64,000 nt of DNA from a virus, in the IMG/VR virus record IMGVR_UViG_3300044638_008494, positions 32,001 through 96,000 of that record; one strand, written 5' to 3'. The translations under genes were made by a program, and so were the position numbers. Every line of letters begins with the position of its first letter. Within the stretch, counting starts at the first letter, position 1. Shown piece after piece: positions 49,047 to 58,157 of the stretch. The notes below the pieces were generated by a model. That model searched no databases and was not told the origin of the DNA. It saw only the letters and a list, made by a program, of their open reading frames with translations.

Positions 49047-49730
49047 TTATATTATCATTTCTTTGACAATTTTCTTTGCTTTTATTACAATCTGTGCCCT
49101 TATCTTTTTAACAAATTTATAACCAGTTTTTGTAGATCCGTTTTTATAACCAAGCATTGTTATAACTTCTGTTTCTGGATACCCATCTACAAACAAATAT
49201 GTGTAAACCTTTTGCTGAACTGGCGTTAAAGATTTTAACATTTCGCTATGAACTTTTGGAACAAACGATTCAAAATCAAAACCGCTAGAATCTGATGCGC
49301 GAGCATCAAACTCATTGCCTTCACCAAAAATTCTTTCATCATTTACGCTAACTGGCAACTTGACATCATAAGCATGTTTCTTTGTTTTCTCCCATTTTGC
49401 ATAATCAGCACATTTAGAAGATTGAACGTTATATAATTTACAATTATTTCCGCCAGCATTATGTGGGCAATTTAAACACGGTCTGGCATAGTTGGAATAA
49501 TTGTTTCTAACAAGGTTAATAATTTGATTTGTAATAACAGTATTTAACCACGGAAGGAGGGCCATCTCTGGATTCCACTTTTCCCATTTTTTAAAAATAT
49601 GTAGTCTTAATTTTTGTTCTACATCATTAAAGTCCATCCACGCAATGGATGTTAGCTTCCATTGGGAGCGTCTTTTTGCTATTTCCTGATTTATTACATC
49701 CAAGCAGGATTCGAAAGATGGGCGCTCCAT
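49047..49730 (-). CDS. Sigma-factor-like protein with a Cys4 insert
   Basis: Region 2-like DVEQKLRLHIFKKWEKW...PWLNTVITNQIINLVR; CLNC..C..C insert; region 4-like LTPVQQKVY. Confidence 0.65.
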   Translation of the reverse strand: MERPSFESCLDVINQEIAKRRSQWKLTSIAWMDFNDVEQKLRLHIFKKWEKWNPEMALLPWLNTVITNQIINLVRNNYSNYARPCLNCPHNAGGNNCKLYNVQSSKCADYAKWEKTKKHAYDVKLPVSVNDERIFGEGNEFDARASDSSGFDFESFVPKVHSEMLKSLTPVQQKVYTYLFVDGYPETEVITMLGYKNGSTKTGYKFVKKIRAQIVIKAKKIVKEMII

Positions 49731-49732
49731 AT

Positions 49733-50200
49733 TTATTCTTCGTTATCTATTATATTAATATCATTATCATTTTGATAATTTCTACCTGACATTTTAGCTT
49801 CTGAAATAAAACTCGCAGGCAACGACTTCGCTATTTTTTTTCTTCCACGCTTTTGTTTTATAGATTTTTTTATACCAACTCCTTGTTTTTGCACCGGCTC
49901 ATCAGATACCAAGTCGGCAAGTTTGATGCCATCATTTTGATTGTATTTTTCTATATTAACATCTAGTCCGCGCATAGAACTGTAATCAGTAATATAATCA
50001 GCTTCATTTTCAACTTCCTCTACTGTATTGCTTTTATTTAAATTTGGCTTTGCTATATTAACCTCAAATTTATTGCTTTTAATATTGCTAATTGAAGACG
50101 CCTCAATAGAAAAAGATGACCCACAATGAGAGCAAAATTTTGGTTTTTGAAATTGGTAAAGATTTTTACCGCCACATTTTGGACAAAAATAACTTAACAT
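49733..50200 (-). CDS. Zinc-ribbon protein
   Basis: Likely ATG at 50200 (MLSYFCPKCG...FCSHCG). Confidence 0.7.
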   Translation of the reverse strand: MLSYFCPKCGGKNLYQFQKPKFCSHCGSSFSIEASSISNIKSNKFEVNIAKPNLNKSNTVEEVENEADYITDYSSMRGLDVNIEKYNQNDGIKLADLVSDEPVQKQGVGIKKSIKQKRGRKKIAKSLPASFISEAKMSGRNYQNDNDINIIDNEE

Positions 50201-50268
50201 AATTAAAATAAATTTATTATGTAATATTCTACCCAATAAAAGAGTAAAAATCTAATTTTAATTTATTT

Positions 50269-51123
50269 TTATATTTTTTGGCTTGGGCACCAGCTATCCT
50301 GATAAACTTGAGAAATATTTGTGCTATGAGGCTTATTTTTCTTTTCTTTTTCTTTTTCAGCCAGCTTAATAGCCTCTTCTTTTTTATACTCTGTTATTTT
50401 TTTAACAACAAATTTGCAAAGCTCAGATCTTAAAATATCATCTTCTGTAAAATGAAAATGATGTATTCCTTTATTTTTTGACTCTTCGCATGAAAATAAT
50501 TCTACTATTTTTTCAAAAGCGCCCTGCTTGTTGTATGGAAGATCAGATTGTGATGGATCTGCACATATAATCATTTTTGTAAATTTGCCAATTCTCGTAA
50601 GTAGCGTGCCAAATTCAGACAACGTAGCATTTTGCATTTCGTCCATAAGCACAACTCTTGCTGCAAAACTTAATCCGCGACAAAAATTAATAGGCTGATT
50701 AGTAATTCTATTGTCGCCTTTTAATCTTTTAATCTGATCTATTGGCAATAGCTCTTCTAATTTGTCAGCAAACGGCATCATATAAACATCATATTTTGAT
50801 TGCAAATCGCCTGGTAAATAACCAAGTTTTGAATCTGCGCTTTCTACAGCTGCCCTTACGCAAATAATGTCCGAAGCTTTTTTATCATTAAGCATTTGTA
50901 GCGCAGCCCTTACAGCTATTAAAGTTTTTGATGATCCGGCTGGGCCACTTACAAATACAATTCTCGTATCCTTATTACTAATTAATTTAAAAAATTCTTT
51001 TTGCTTGTCAGTCCACTCTAATTCTCTTATTTTAAGCTCAAAGTCGATTTTATCTCTTTGATAAACCTTTGGGCTCTTATCCTCAGCTTTGCGCATACCA
51101 CGCGCTGGTTGCTTTTTAGACAT
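50269..51123 (-). CDS. phoH: PhoH-like ATPase
   Basis: GPAGSSKT, LGYLPG, RGLSF, DEMQN, LTRIG, QSDL motifs; TGTAAT at 51132-51137. Confidence 0.93.
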   Translation of the reverse strand: MSKKQPARGMRKAEDKSPKVYQRDKIDFELKIRELEWTDKQKEFFKLISNKDTRIVFVSGPAGSSKTLIAVRAALQMLNDKKASDIICVRAAVESADSKLGYLPGDLQSKYDVYMMPFADKLEELLPIDQIKRLKGDNRITNQPINFCRGLSFAARVVLMDEMQNATLSEFGTLLTRIGKFTKMIICADPSQSDLPYNKQGAFEKIVELFSCEESKNKGIHHFHFTEDDILRSELCKFVVKKITEYKKEEAIKLAEKEKEKKNKPHSTNISQVYQDSWCPSQKI

Positions 51124-51212
51124 ATATTAATATTACAGTAATTATATTTAGATATTTTTTTAAAAATATTTATTTATTTTTTTATATTTAATAGTGTATA
51201 CTTACATATTTA

Positions 51213-51218
51213 TGTAAT
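51213..51218 (+). promoter_or_regulatory. TGTAAT motif driving the divergent plus-strand cluster
   Basis: 7 nt before the ATG at 51226; overlaps the palindrome TTACATA-TT-TATGTAA (51202-51217). Confidence 0.55.
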
Positions 51219-51225
51219 ATAAGTT

Positions 51226-52443
51226 ATGCAAGTTTATCCGTTAAGAGATGCGTTACACCCATCAGCACTATTTTTTATTGAAAAATGTGACAGCTTAGGG
51301 GTTGAATTAAATGCTCAGGAAGCAGAAGCTGTTAATTTTTTAGTCACCAGATTAATACAAACAAATTTGTGGAATAAATTTAGAGTAATATATCCATTTG
51401 TTGGAAGAAGTGCTAAAACACATAGTTTAAATTTAAGAAATATTTTTAGACATAAAGTAAATTGGTTTGGTGGAATTTGGCATGATAAATTTGGAATAAA
51501 TGCAGATGGTGTTTCCGGATATGGAAATACCTATTTTGCGCCATCTTGGCTTGATGATGAAGACATTCATGTTTCAGTTTATACTGGAACGTACTGGTCG
51601 GACGCAAATGAAAACTGCCCCTTGATAGGTACAAGCAGCAGTTCTGTTAGTGTGCCCAATCGTGGCTTGGGCTGGATGCACGCAATATATTTAAGATCCC
51701 CAACGCCAACCATAGCTTATGAAGAAAATGGAATCACGCATTATAAGTTACCCCCAGTTTTCACATACTCGTGCACGCCACCAGACAGTACAGCTTCATC
51801 TGGAATGTTTGCCGGAGAAGATGCTTCGAATCAAAATCATTGGTTAGCGCACGGTTTAATTGCTGGAACAAATGGAAGAAATTGCTATGTGTGTGGTAAA
51901 AGATTTGGAGTTAGCATGTCTCAAGGAGGATTTAGAAATCCAATCAATCCAGAGTCCGGAAATGACCCCATAGAAGGTAAACGTATTTTATATAGTCAGT
52001 TTCCTTTTTTATTATTTGGCAATGGGCGTTTTGGAAGCAGCGGTCAGGCAAGAGGCAAAGGAAATTTACGATTTGCTAGCATTGGTTATAATTTAACTGA
52101 AAGTGAAAATAAAATTTTTTATGATATAGTTAATGGGTTTCAAACAATTTTAAATAGAAATGTTCCGTGCAATGAAATAAACCCAGTACCGGCTTTGTAT
52201 AAGGAAAAAACAACATTTTATCCATCAATAAATATAACAGGTGGCAAAAGAAAAATTGGTCGGTTAATTAACCAAATGAAGGACTTTACAAGATTAACTC
52301 CAGATAAATCTTCGAGATATAAAAGAGATGCTCTGTCAGCATCAATGACAATAAAATCATGTACAAGAGTTGGTCCAAGAAGAATTTTTTTGGGTGATGG
52401 CGCGATGCCATCTGTTGCAATACTAGATTTAATAGAAAACTAA
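51226..52443 (+). CDS. Putative virion lectin-like protein (paralog of 57306..58148)
   Basis: Shares LWNKF..IYPFVGR, HVS/HIS.Y and FASIGY/FASVGY motifs with 57306. Confidence 0.6.
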   Translation: MQVYPLRDALHPSALFFIEKCDSLGVELNAQEAEAVNFLVTRLIQTNLWNKFRVIYPFVGRSAKTHSLNLRNIFRHKVNWFGGIWHDKFGINADGVSGYGNTYFAPSWLDDEDIHVSVYTGTYWSDANENCPLIGTSSSSVSVPNRGLGWMHAIYLRSPTPTIAYEENGITHYKLPPVFTYSCTPPDSTASSGMFAGEDASNQNHWLAHGLIAGTNGRNCYVCGKRFGVSMSQGGFRNPINPESGNDPIEGKRILYSQFPFLLFGNGRFGSSGQARGKGNLRFASIGYNLTESENKIFYDIVNGFQTILNRNVPCNEINPVPALYKEKTTFYPSINITGGKRKIGRLINQMKDFTRLTPDKSSRYKRDALSASMTIKSCTRVGPRRIFLGDGAMPSVAILDLIEN

Positions 52444-52473
52444 AGATATAATTTTATTATAACTAATCGCTTA

Positions 52474-53604
52474 ATGAATGTTTTTTTAAGAAAATTTAAA
52501 GAATACAATATTTCTCCAAATATTGGTATAGGCGGCTATTGGAATATAGCAATAGTTAACAAAAATGGCCAAGAAAAATTTCCATTTGGTCATCATATGA
52601 AAAAAAATATGATACTTGATCAAGGACTTGACATATTAGCTTCCAATAAATATTATACTAGTTATGGCGGATTGAACTGGAACGCCACTTCTGCATTTCT
52701 ATTAGGCGATGCTGTCCTTGGCGGATCTTCTATACCAGTAAGCCCTTCAGACGTTTCGCTTAACAATGAGTTACAATCGACTAATATTATTAATGATGAT
52801 TCTTGTACAATAAATGATGATTATATAAATGGATCCAGAACTTTTAGAAAAGTTTATGACTTCCAAACCCCCCAATCTCCAATAGCGGTAAGAGAGTTTG
52901 GAATTAGAACTAGATTTAATGCCGTGAACAATCAAAATAAAATGTTTTCAAGATTTGTGTTGCCTGAAAATATTTCTATAGGCACGCAAGAATTTGTAAG
53001 GTTATTTTATGATTTTACAATAAAATGCGATGCAATTGTTAATCCCATAAATGTTACAAGATCTTCCGGAACATTAAACTGTAATGGTGTTTTAAAATTA
53101 TGCGGCAGATTTGATGATATATTCGGAGCATATGATGCTAATGGAAATCCAATTATAAGATACGGAGATTCGCCCCAATCAACATTTATGCCATATTGTG
53201 AAGAATTTTGTGTGCAGGAAAATTGCTTGCATAAATGCATCGGCACTGCCTATTTAATAGCGGACATATTTATACCAACTAGTCCCGGCTCATCAATTAT
53301 TGGCGAGTGGGTTGGTTCAAAACCAACAGAGGATGAAAATACAGTAATAGCATCATCATATATAAATGGCAATTTTTACAGAGACATAACATATATATTT
53401 GAAAGAGGAAATCCTTTTGAAAATAAACCCTTTCAAGGTTTTTTATTTAGTACGGCAAAGTCTGATAGAGAAAATACGGTAGCCGGATGGTTTTGGGAAT
53501 TTAATAATAAACAAATTAAATTAATAGAAAAAGAAATTGTAATACAGATAAGGCAATCTATGTCAAGGATAGATACGCCAGATACCATGTCGTATGCACC
53601 ATAA
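52474..53604 (+). CDS. Putative baseplate/fibre-attachment protein (paralog of the 53594 host domain)
   Basis: KNMILDQGL, FRKVYDF, REFG, FSRF and G.LKL.G motifs shared with 53594. Confidence 0.55.
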   Translation: MNVFLRKFKEYNISPNIGIGGYWNIAIVNKNGQEKFPFGHHMKKNMILDQGLDILASNKYYTSYGGLNWNATSAFLLGDAVLGGSSIPVSPSDVSLNNELQSTNIINDDSCTINDDYINGSRTFRKVYDFQTPQSPIAVREFGIRTRFNAVNNQNKMFSRFVLPENISIGTQEFVRLFYDFTIKCDAIVNPINVTRSSGTLNCNGVLKLCGRFDDIFGAYDANGNPIIRYGDSPQSTFMPYCEEFCVQENCLHKCIGTAYLIADIFIPTSPGSSIIGEWVGSKPTEDENTVIASSYINGNFYRDITYIFERGNPFENKPFQGFLFSTAKSDRENTVAGWFWEFNNKQIKLIEKEIVIQIRQSMSRIDTPDTMSYAP

Positions 53605-56600
53605 TCAAAGCAATAATATTAAAGCAGATGCCAATGCCGATGCTTTTGTATCGGCAAAATGGAATATTCAGATATGCCAATCTGGAGATATTGACGGTTC
53701 TAAAACAATATACCCGTTTGGTAAAAAAATGAGAAAAAATGCCATTTTAGATAACTGGCTTAGATCGGTAATATTACTATTTCAACAAACTCAATCAAAT
53801 GTGAAGACCTTAGATGGGTCTGTAAATATGCGAGAGCTTACTCGTGGATATATACAATTAGGAACCGGAATTAAACCAATATCTTATTCAGATGTTCAAT
53901 TATCATCATTTATAAGAGAGAGTGATTATATAAGGCCCTTTTATGGGTTTGAGACTGGTTATGGAATAATAGAATCAGGCGCAGCAATTTTTAGAAGAAG
54001 TTATGATTTTTTACCAGAAGTTAAAAATATAACATATACAGAGGCTGGTTTCAGGCCATACGCCGCATCTCTTATAAACGATAATAATTTAAAAAATAAA
54101 ATATGGTCTAGATTTTTGTTTACTGCAGAAACAGGAGTGATAGGCTTTTTAAGCGGATATATAGATAATAGTGGTATTTTTAGAATGTTTGATCATGAGA
54201 TTGATCATGTAAGTGGTGTTTTTGTAGCCAATGATAAATATAATATTTCACCATTCAAATCCCGAAGAAATGAAAGAATAATTGGATTTGTAAGCGGATT
54301 TAGATTTCCAAACGGGCAATTCTCTGGGTATGCTCCAGACCCAAGATATAACTTAAGTGGTTACTTTGTAAGCGGTACAAAATATAATTTTAATCCAATT
54401 ACAGAACTTTCCAACCAGCCAATAACAGGTTATATATCTGGATATGCAGATGAGTTTGGTAATTTTTCAGGGTTTAGTAATCGTTCAATATCTGGAGTTA
54501 GTGGTTATTTTATAGATAATAATGCTTACAAATTTAAACCAAATAGATATTTTGAATCGGAAACGATCACTGGCTTTATAAGCGGATCAATTGACAAATA
54601 CAATAATTTTTCAGGAAATATTAACAATCCTTCAAGTGGGTATCTAATAAATAGCGAAAAATATAATTTTCCAACAGGAAATATGTTTTCTGGCTTTTCA
54701 GGTCAAGATTATTTTTATGACGATTGGGGTTATAATTATAGTGGATTTAATAATATTAACAGTGGATTTTCAGGCAATAATAAATTTAATGAAAAAATAA
54801 TTGGATATATAAGTGGATATTTAAATGTATCTGGAGTTTTTTCCGGATTGAATCTTTTGAATACATCATCCGGATCAAGTGGTTATTTTATTGACAATCA
54901 AAGATTTCAATTCCCATCCATTGGATTTAATAAATTTGATAATCAATATTTGTTTAACAAAAACATCGGATATAATTATACTGGGTTTAACTTTGCTGAT
55001 GGTAGTGGATTTTCTGGCGTAGAATTTGGCAATTCTGGCTTATGTATAGTAACTGGATTTATTGGTGATAGAAATTTTTATACAGGAAACGGCATTTATA
55101 CTAATGATATTGGAAATAGAATTTTATTAAAATATAGTGGAGAATTTAGCGGTTTTGATGGAGAAATATTAACTCAAGACATAAAAACATATTCATATTC
55201 AACTGTTAATTTCTTCATTAGCGGAACTAGTGGATTTAGCGGTATCAGTGGAGCGATATCTGGTTATGGAATATTAACAGGAATAATTGGTAGCCGCACA
55301 ATATTTTATAAAAGTGGTCAATTCGAAGCCTTTGAAAATAATCAATTATTTCAAAAATATTTGGATTATAAATATACTGGATTTTCTTTTCCGCAAGGTA
55401 GTGGTTTTTCTGGTACAGATTTTTTAAATTCCGGTCACGGCATAATGACTGGATTTATTGGAGATAGAAATACAGTTAATTTTTCTGGTAGATACAGTGG
55501 CCTGAGCGGAATACCAACTCACGAATATGGATGGTACTATACAGAAGAAGGTTTTTTTGGCTCAGGGCTTCCAAATTTTACAGGAACTTTTACTGGCGGA
55601 AAATTTGATATAGGCCTAACTGGATTTAGCGGAACACCATTTCCTTCTGGAGAAAAAATTATAGGTTTTATAAGTGGATACGTAAATGAATTAAATAGTT
55701 TTGTTAGATTTGACAACGTCAACGTTCCAAATTTTACAGGATATAGTGGTTATTATACAGACAATAGACAAAGATTTTTTCCAACAGGAGATTTATTCTC
55801 TGGATTTTCTGGGCAAAGCGGCTTTGATGCTAATTTGCAATACAGATTTACGGGGTTTAGCTTTCCAGAAGGAAGTGGTTTTTCGGGAAATGCCTGGCCT
55901 ATAATTCAGAAAGAAAACGTTGTTGGATTTATAAGCGGTTTCATGACTGAAGTTCAGCAATTTATACCATTTCAAAACCTATATCCAGAACTATCATCAA
56001 GCGGATATTATATCAGTGGAGCCCAAAGATTTTTTCCAACTGGAAATTTATTCTCTGGATTTTTTGGACAGTCAGGGCTAGATGTGTCAGCATATGAATA
56101 TTCTGGATTTTTCTTATCTGGCCCGAGTGGTTTCAGTGGTGCCAACTTTATTGGATCCGGAACTGGAATATTAACTGGAATTATAGGATATAGAAAATAT
56201 CCAACATACCCATTTTCTGGAAGTGGAGTAATAACTGGATACATTGGCGACCGAAATGTTTTAAAATATAGCAATACTGGCATACTTACAGGACTTATTG
56301 GTTACAAAGATTATATCTCCGGTGTCCAACTTGAATATGGTCAATTTGTTAGAGTTACTTATGAAGTTATGAGCCGTATCCCAATGCTTACTGGAGCAAT
56401 TCAAGTAACAGGGTCTAATTTAGTAGACGGAGGTTTTAATGCAAGTGGACAATTAAAGCTTATTGGTTTATATGAATATATTTTTGGCTACTGGAAAATG
56501 AGAAACAACGGAAGACACACTGAAGGGCCATTTGTTGAAGGCTTTTGGTGGCCATCAAATCCGGTTCATTGCTTTAGAGATTGGAGAGTTCCTAATGTTG

Positions 56601-57304
56601 CCTGCCCATACCCGCTAACACATTTAAGTGCAAACTTAATACAGTCTGGGTATGGAACATTTCCGCCAATAGATCAAGTGCGAAGATTACCAGCAGTTAA
56701 CTTCAATAATGATGAGGCTGGCTGCATGACAGCATCTACTAGAGGCCCTGACTGCTCACAAGGAGCAAATCAATTTATTTTAGATATTAAAAGGCAAGTA
56801 AGGTGGTCTTCAAGGGAGGAAATACCAGATGATGGAGATGATAGAATAGACTCTCGTGTTCCAATCTATCCCGTTGTAAGCAATGGTCTTGTTCAAGAAA
56901 CTTATGACCAAAACACAAAGCCAGCATATGTAGATATAAAAATAATATTTCCAGCAGAATATCCAAATGCAGATGTTGCTATTAATGGTATATATATATC
57001 ACCATCAATAGATGAGTGTGTTTTGTGTCAAGGAGGAAACAGTTGCTTTAATCAATTCTTAAAACCTTACAGTCCAGATCCTGAATGGATAGTCTACCCG
57101 TGCAAATCTGGATGGACACCAGATCAAGGAGACTATCATGTTGTAAAAAATGAAGATATGCCTGACAGTATAAAAGCAAGCTATGGGATAAGCGGCAGGC
57201 AGGGCGTCGGATGGGCATATCTTTTCAACACGCCGCAAATGAAATATGAAGATCAAAAAATAGAAGTAGATTTTAGATTTTCTATGGTTAGAGACATAAT
57301 ATAA
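53594..57304 (+). CDS. Large SG/TG-repeat virion protein: 52474-like domain with a ~730-aa insertion
   Basis: Host-domain motifs flank the repeat block at ~54131-56320. Confidence 0.7.
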   Translation: MHHNQSNNIKADANADAFVSAKWNIQICQSGDIDGSKTIYPFGKKMRKNAILDNWLRSVILLFQQTQSNVKTLDGSVNMRELTRGYIQLGTGIKPISYSDVQLSSFIRESDYIRPFYGFETGYGIIESGAAIFRRSYDFLPEVKNITYTEAGFRPYAASLINDNNLKNKIWSRFLFTAETGVIGFLSGYIDNSGIFRMFDHEIDHVSGVFVANDKYNISPFKSRRNERIIGFVSGFRFPNGQFSGYAPDPRYNLSGYFVSGTKYNFNPITELSNQPITGYISGYADEFGNFSGFSNRSISGVSGYFIDNNAYKFKPNRYFESETITGFISGSIDKYNNFSGNINNPSSGYLINSEKYNFPTGNMFSGFSGQDYFYDDWGYNYSGFNNINSGFSGNNKFNEKIIGYISGYLNVSGVFSGLNLLNTSSGSSGYFIDNQRFQFPSIGFNKFDNQYLFNKNIGYNYTGFNFADGSGFSGVEFGNSGLCIVTGFIGDRNFYTGNGIYTNDIGNRILLKYSGEFSGFDGEILTQDIKTYSYSTVNFFISGTSGFSGISGAISGYGILTGIIGSRTIFYKSGQFEAFENNQLFQKYLDYKYTGFSFPQGSGFSGTDFLNSGHGIMTGFIGDRNTVNFSGRYSGLSGIPTHEYGWYYTEEGFFGSGLPNFTGTFTGGKFDIGLTGFSGTPFPSGEKIIGFISGYVNELNSFVRFDNVNVPNFTGYSGYYTDNRQRFFPTGDLFSGFSGQSGFDANLQYRFTGFSFPEGSGFSGNAWPIIQKENVVGFISGFMTEVQQFIPFQNLYPELSSSGYYISGAQRFFPTGNLFSGFFGQSGLDVSAYEYSGFFLSGPSGFSGANFIGSGTGILTGIIGYRKYPTYPFSGSGVITGYIGDRNVLKYSNTGILTGLIGYKDYISGVQLEYGQFVRVTYEVMSRIPMLTGAIQVTGSNLVDGGFNASGQLKLIGLYEYIFGYWKMRNNGRHTEGPFVEGFWWPSNPVHCFRDWRVPNVACPYPLTHLSANLIQSGYGTFPPIDQVRRLPAVNFNNDEAGCMTASTRGPDCSQGANQFILDIKRQVRWSSREEIPDDGDDRIDSRVPIYPVVSNGLVQETYDQNTKPAYVDIKIIFPAEYPNADVAINGIYISPSIDECVLCQGGNSCFNQFLKPYSPDPEWIVYPCKSGWTPDQGDYHVVKNEDMPDSIKASYGISGRQGVGWAYLFNTPQMKYEDQKIEVDFRFSMVRDII

Positions 57305-57305
57305 T

Positions 57306-58148
57306 ATGTTTAATAGGCAAGGTACAGATTTTGTAAATGGTCTTGTATATCCGCTTATAAATGCAGCGGGTGGTGAAGATAAATTTTTAAGACACGAAAT
57401 CGGAGCACTCTCTGAGCTTGCAGATGCACTAGTTCAATTTAATTTATGGAATAAATTTATAGCCATTTATCCATTTGTGGGAAGAAATATAATCACATCG
57501 TCTTTTAATTTTAAAAACCCACAACAATATAGAATATCATGGTATGGCGGATTACTTTTTGATAAAAATGGCGTTACAAACAATACAAACTCCTCTTATG
57601 GCCAAACAAATATTCCACTGACTTTTTTTCAAAAGAATATTAATAATGTTCATATTTCTGCTTATAACAGAACAGACATAAAAGATGTTATTGGAGATGG
57701 TAGAATGATTGGTGTGAATACATTAGAAATTGAAAGAAATGTAAAAGATATGGGGGCATTTGAACTAAACTTTGGCAATAACAATGGGATTATTGGATAT
57801 GTTTATAACAAAATAAATGATCTGGGAGGCTTTGGTCTTCTAAGAAACGAAATGATAAGTAGTGGTATTTCTGGCAAAGGCCTGATGATAGGTCTTAATA
57901 CAAGCCATTGCTATCTAAATGGCCAAACCTTTGGGCGCTGGTTTCCGGCATTACCAACGGAAATTCACGATACAAATAATAAAACATTATTATTATTTGG
58001 AAATAGATTTTTTACAAGAGTTACTTCGAGTGCAAATATCAACCTGTCATTTGCTAGTGTTGGTTATGGATTAAATAAAATAGATGTATATAATTATACA
58101 AATATTGTAGAAAACTTTCAAAAAGCAATGTTCAGATCAGCACTGTAA
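57306..58148 (+). CDS. Putative virion lectin-like protein (paralog of 51226..52443)
   Basis: LWNKFIAIYPFVGR ... FASVGYGL. Confidence 0.6.
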   Translation: MFNRQGTDFVNGLVYPLINAAGGEDKFLRHEIGALSELADALVQFNLWNKFIAIYPFVGRNIITSSFNFKNPQQYRISWYGGLLFDKNGVTNNTNSSYGQTNIPLTFFQKNINNVHISAYNRTDIKDVIGDGRMIGVNTLEIERNVKDMGAFELNFGNNNGIIGYVYNKINDLGGFGLLRNEMISSGISGKGLMIGLNTSHCYLNGQTFGRWFPALPTEIHDTNNKTLLLFGNRFFTRVTSSANINLSFASVGYGLNKIDVYNYTNIVENFQKAMFRSAL

Positions 58149-58157
58149 TATAAATAT

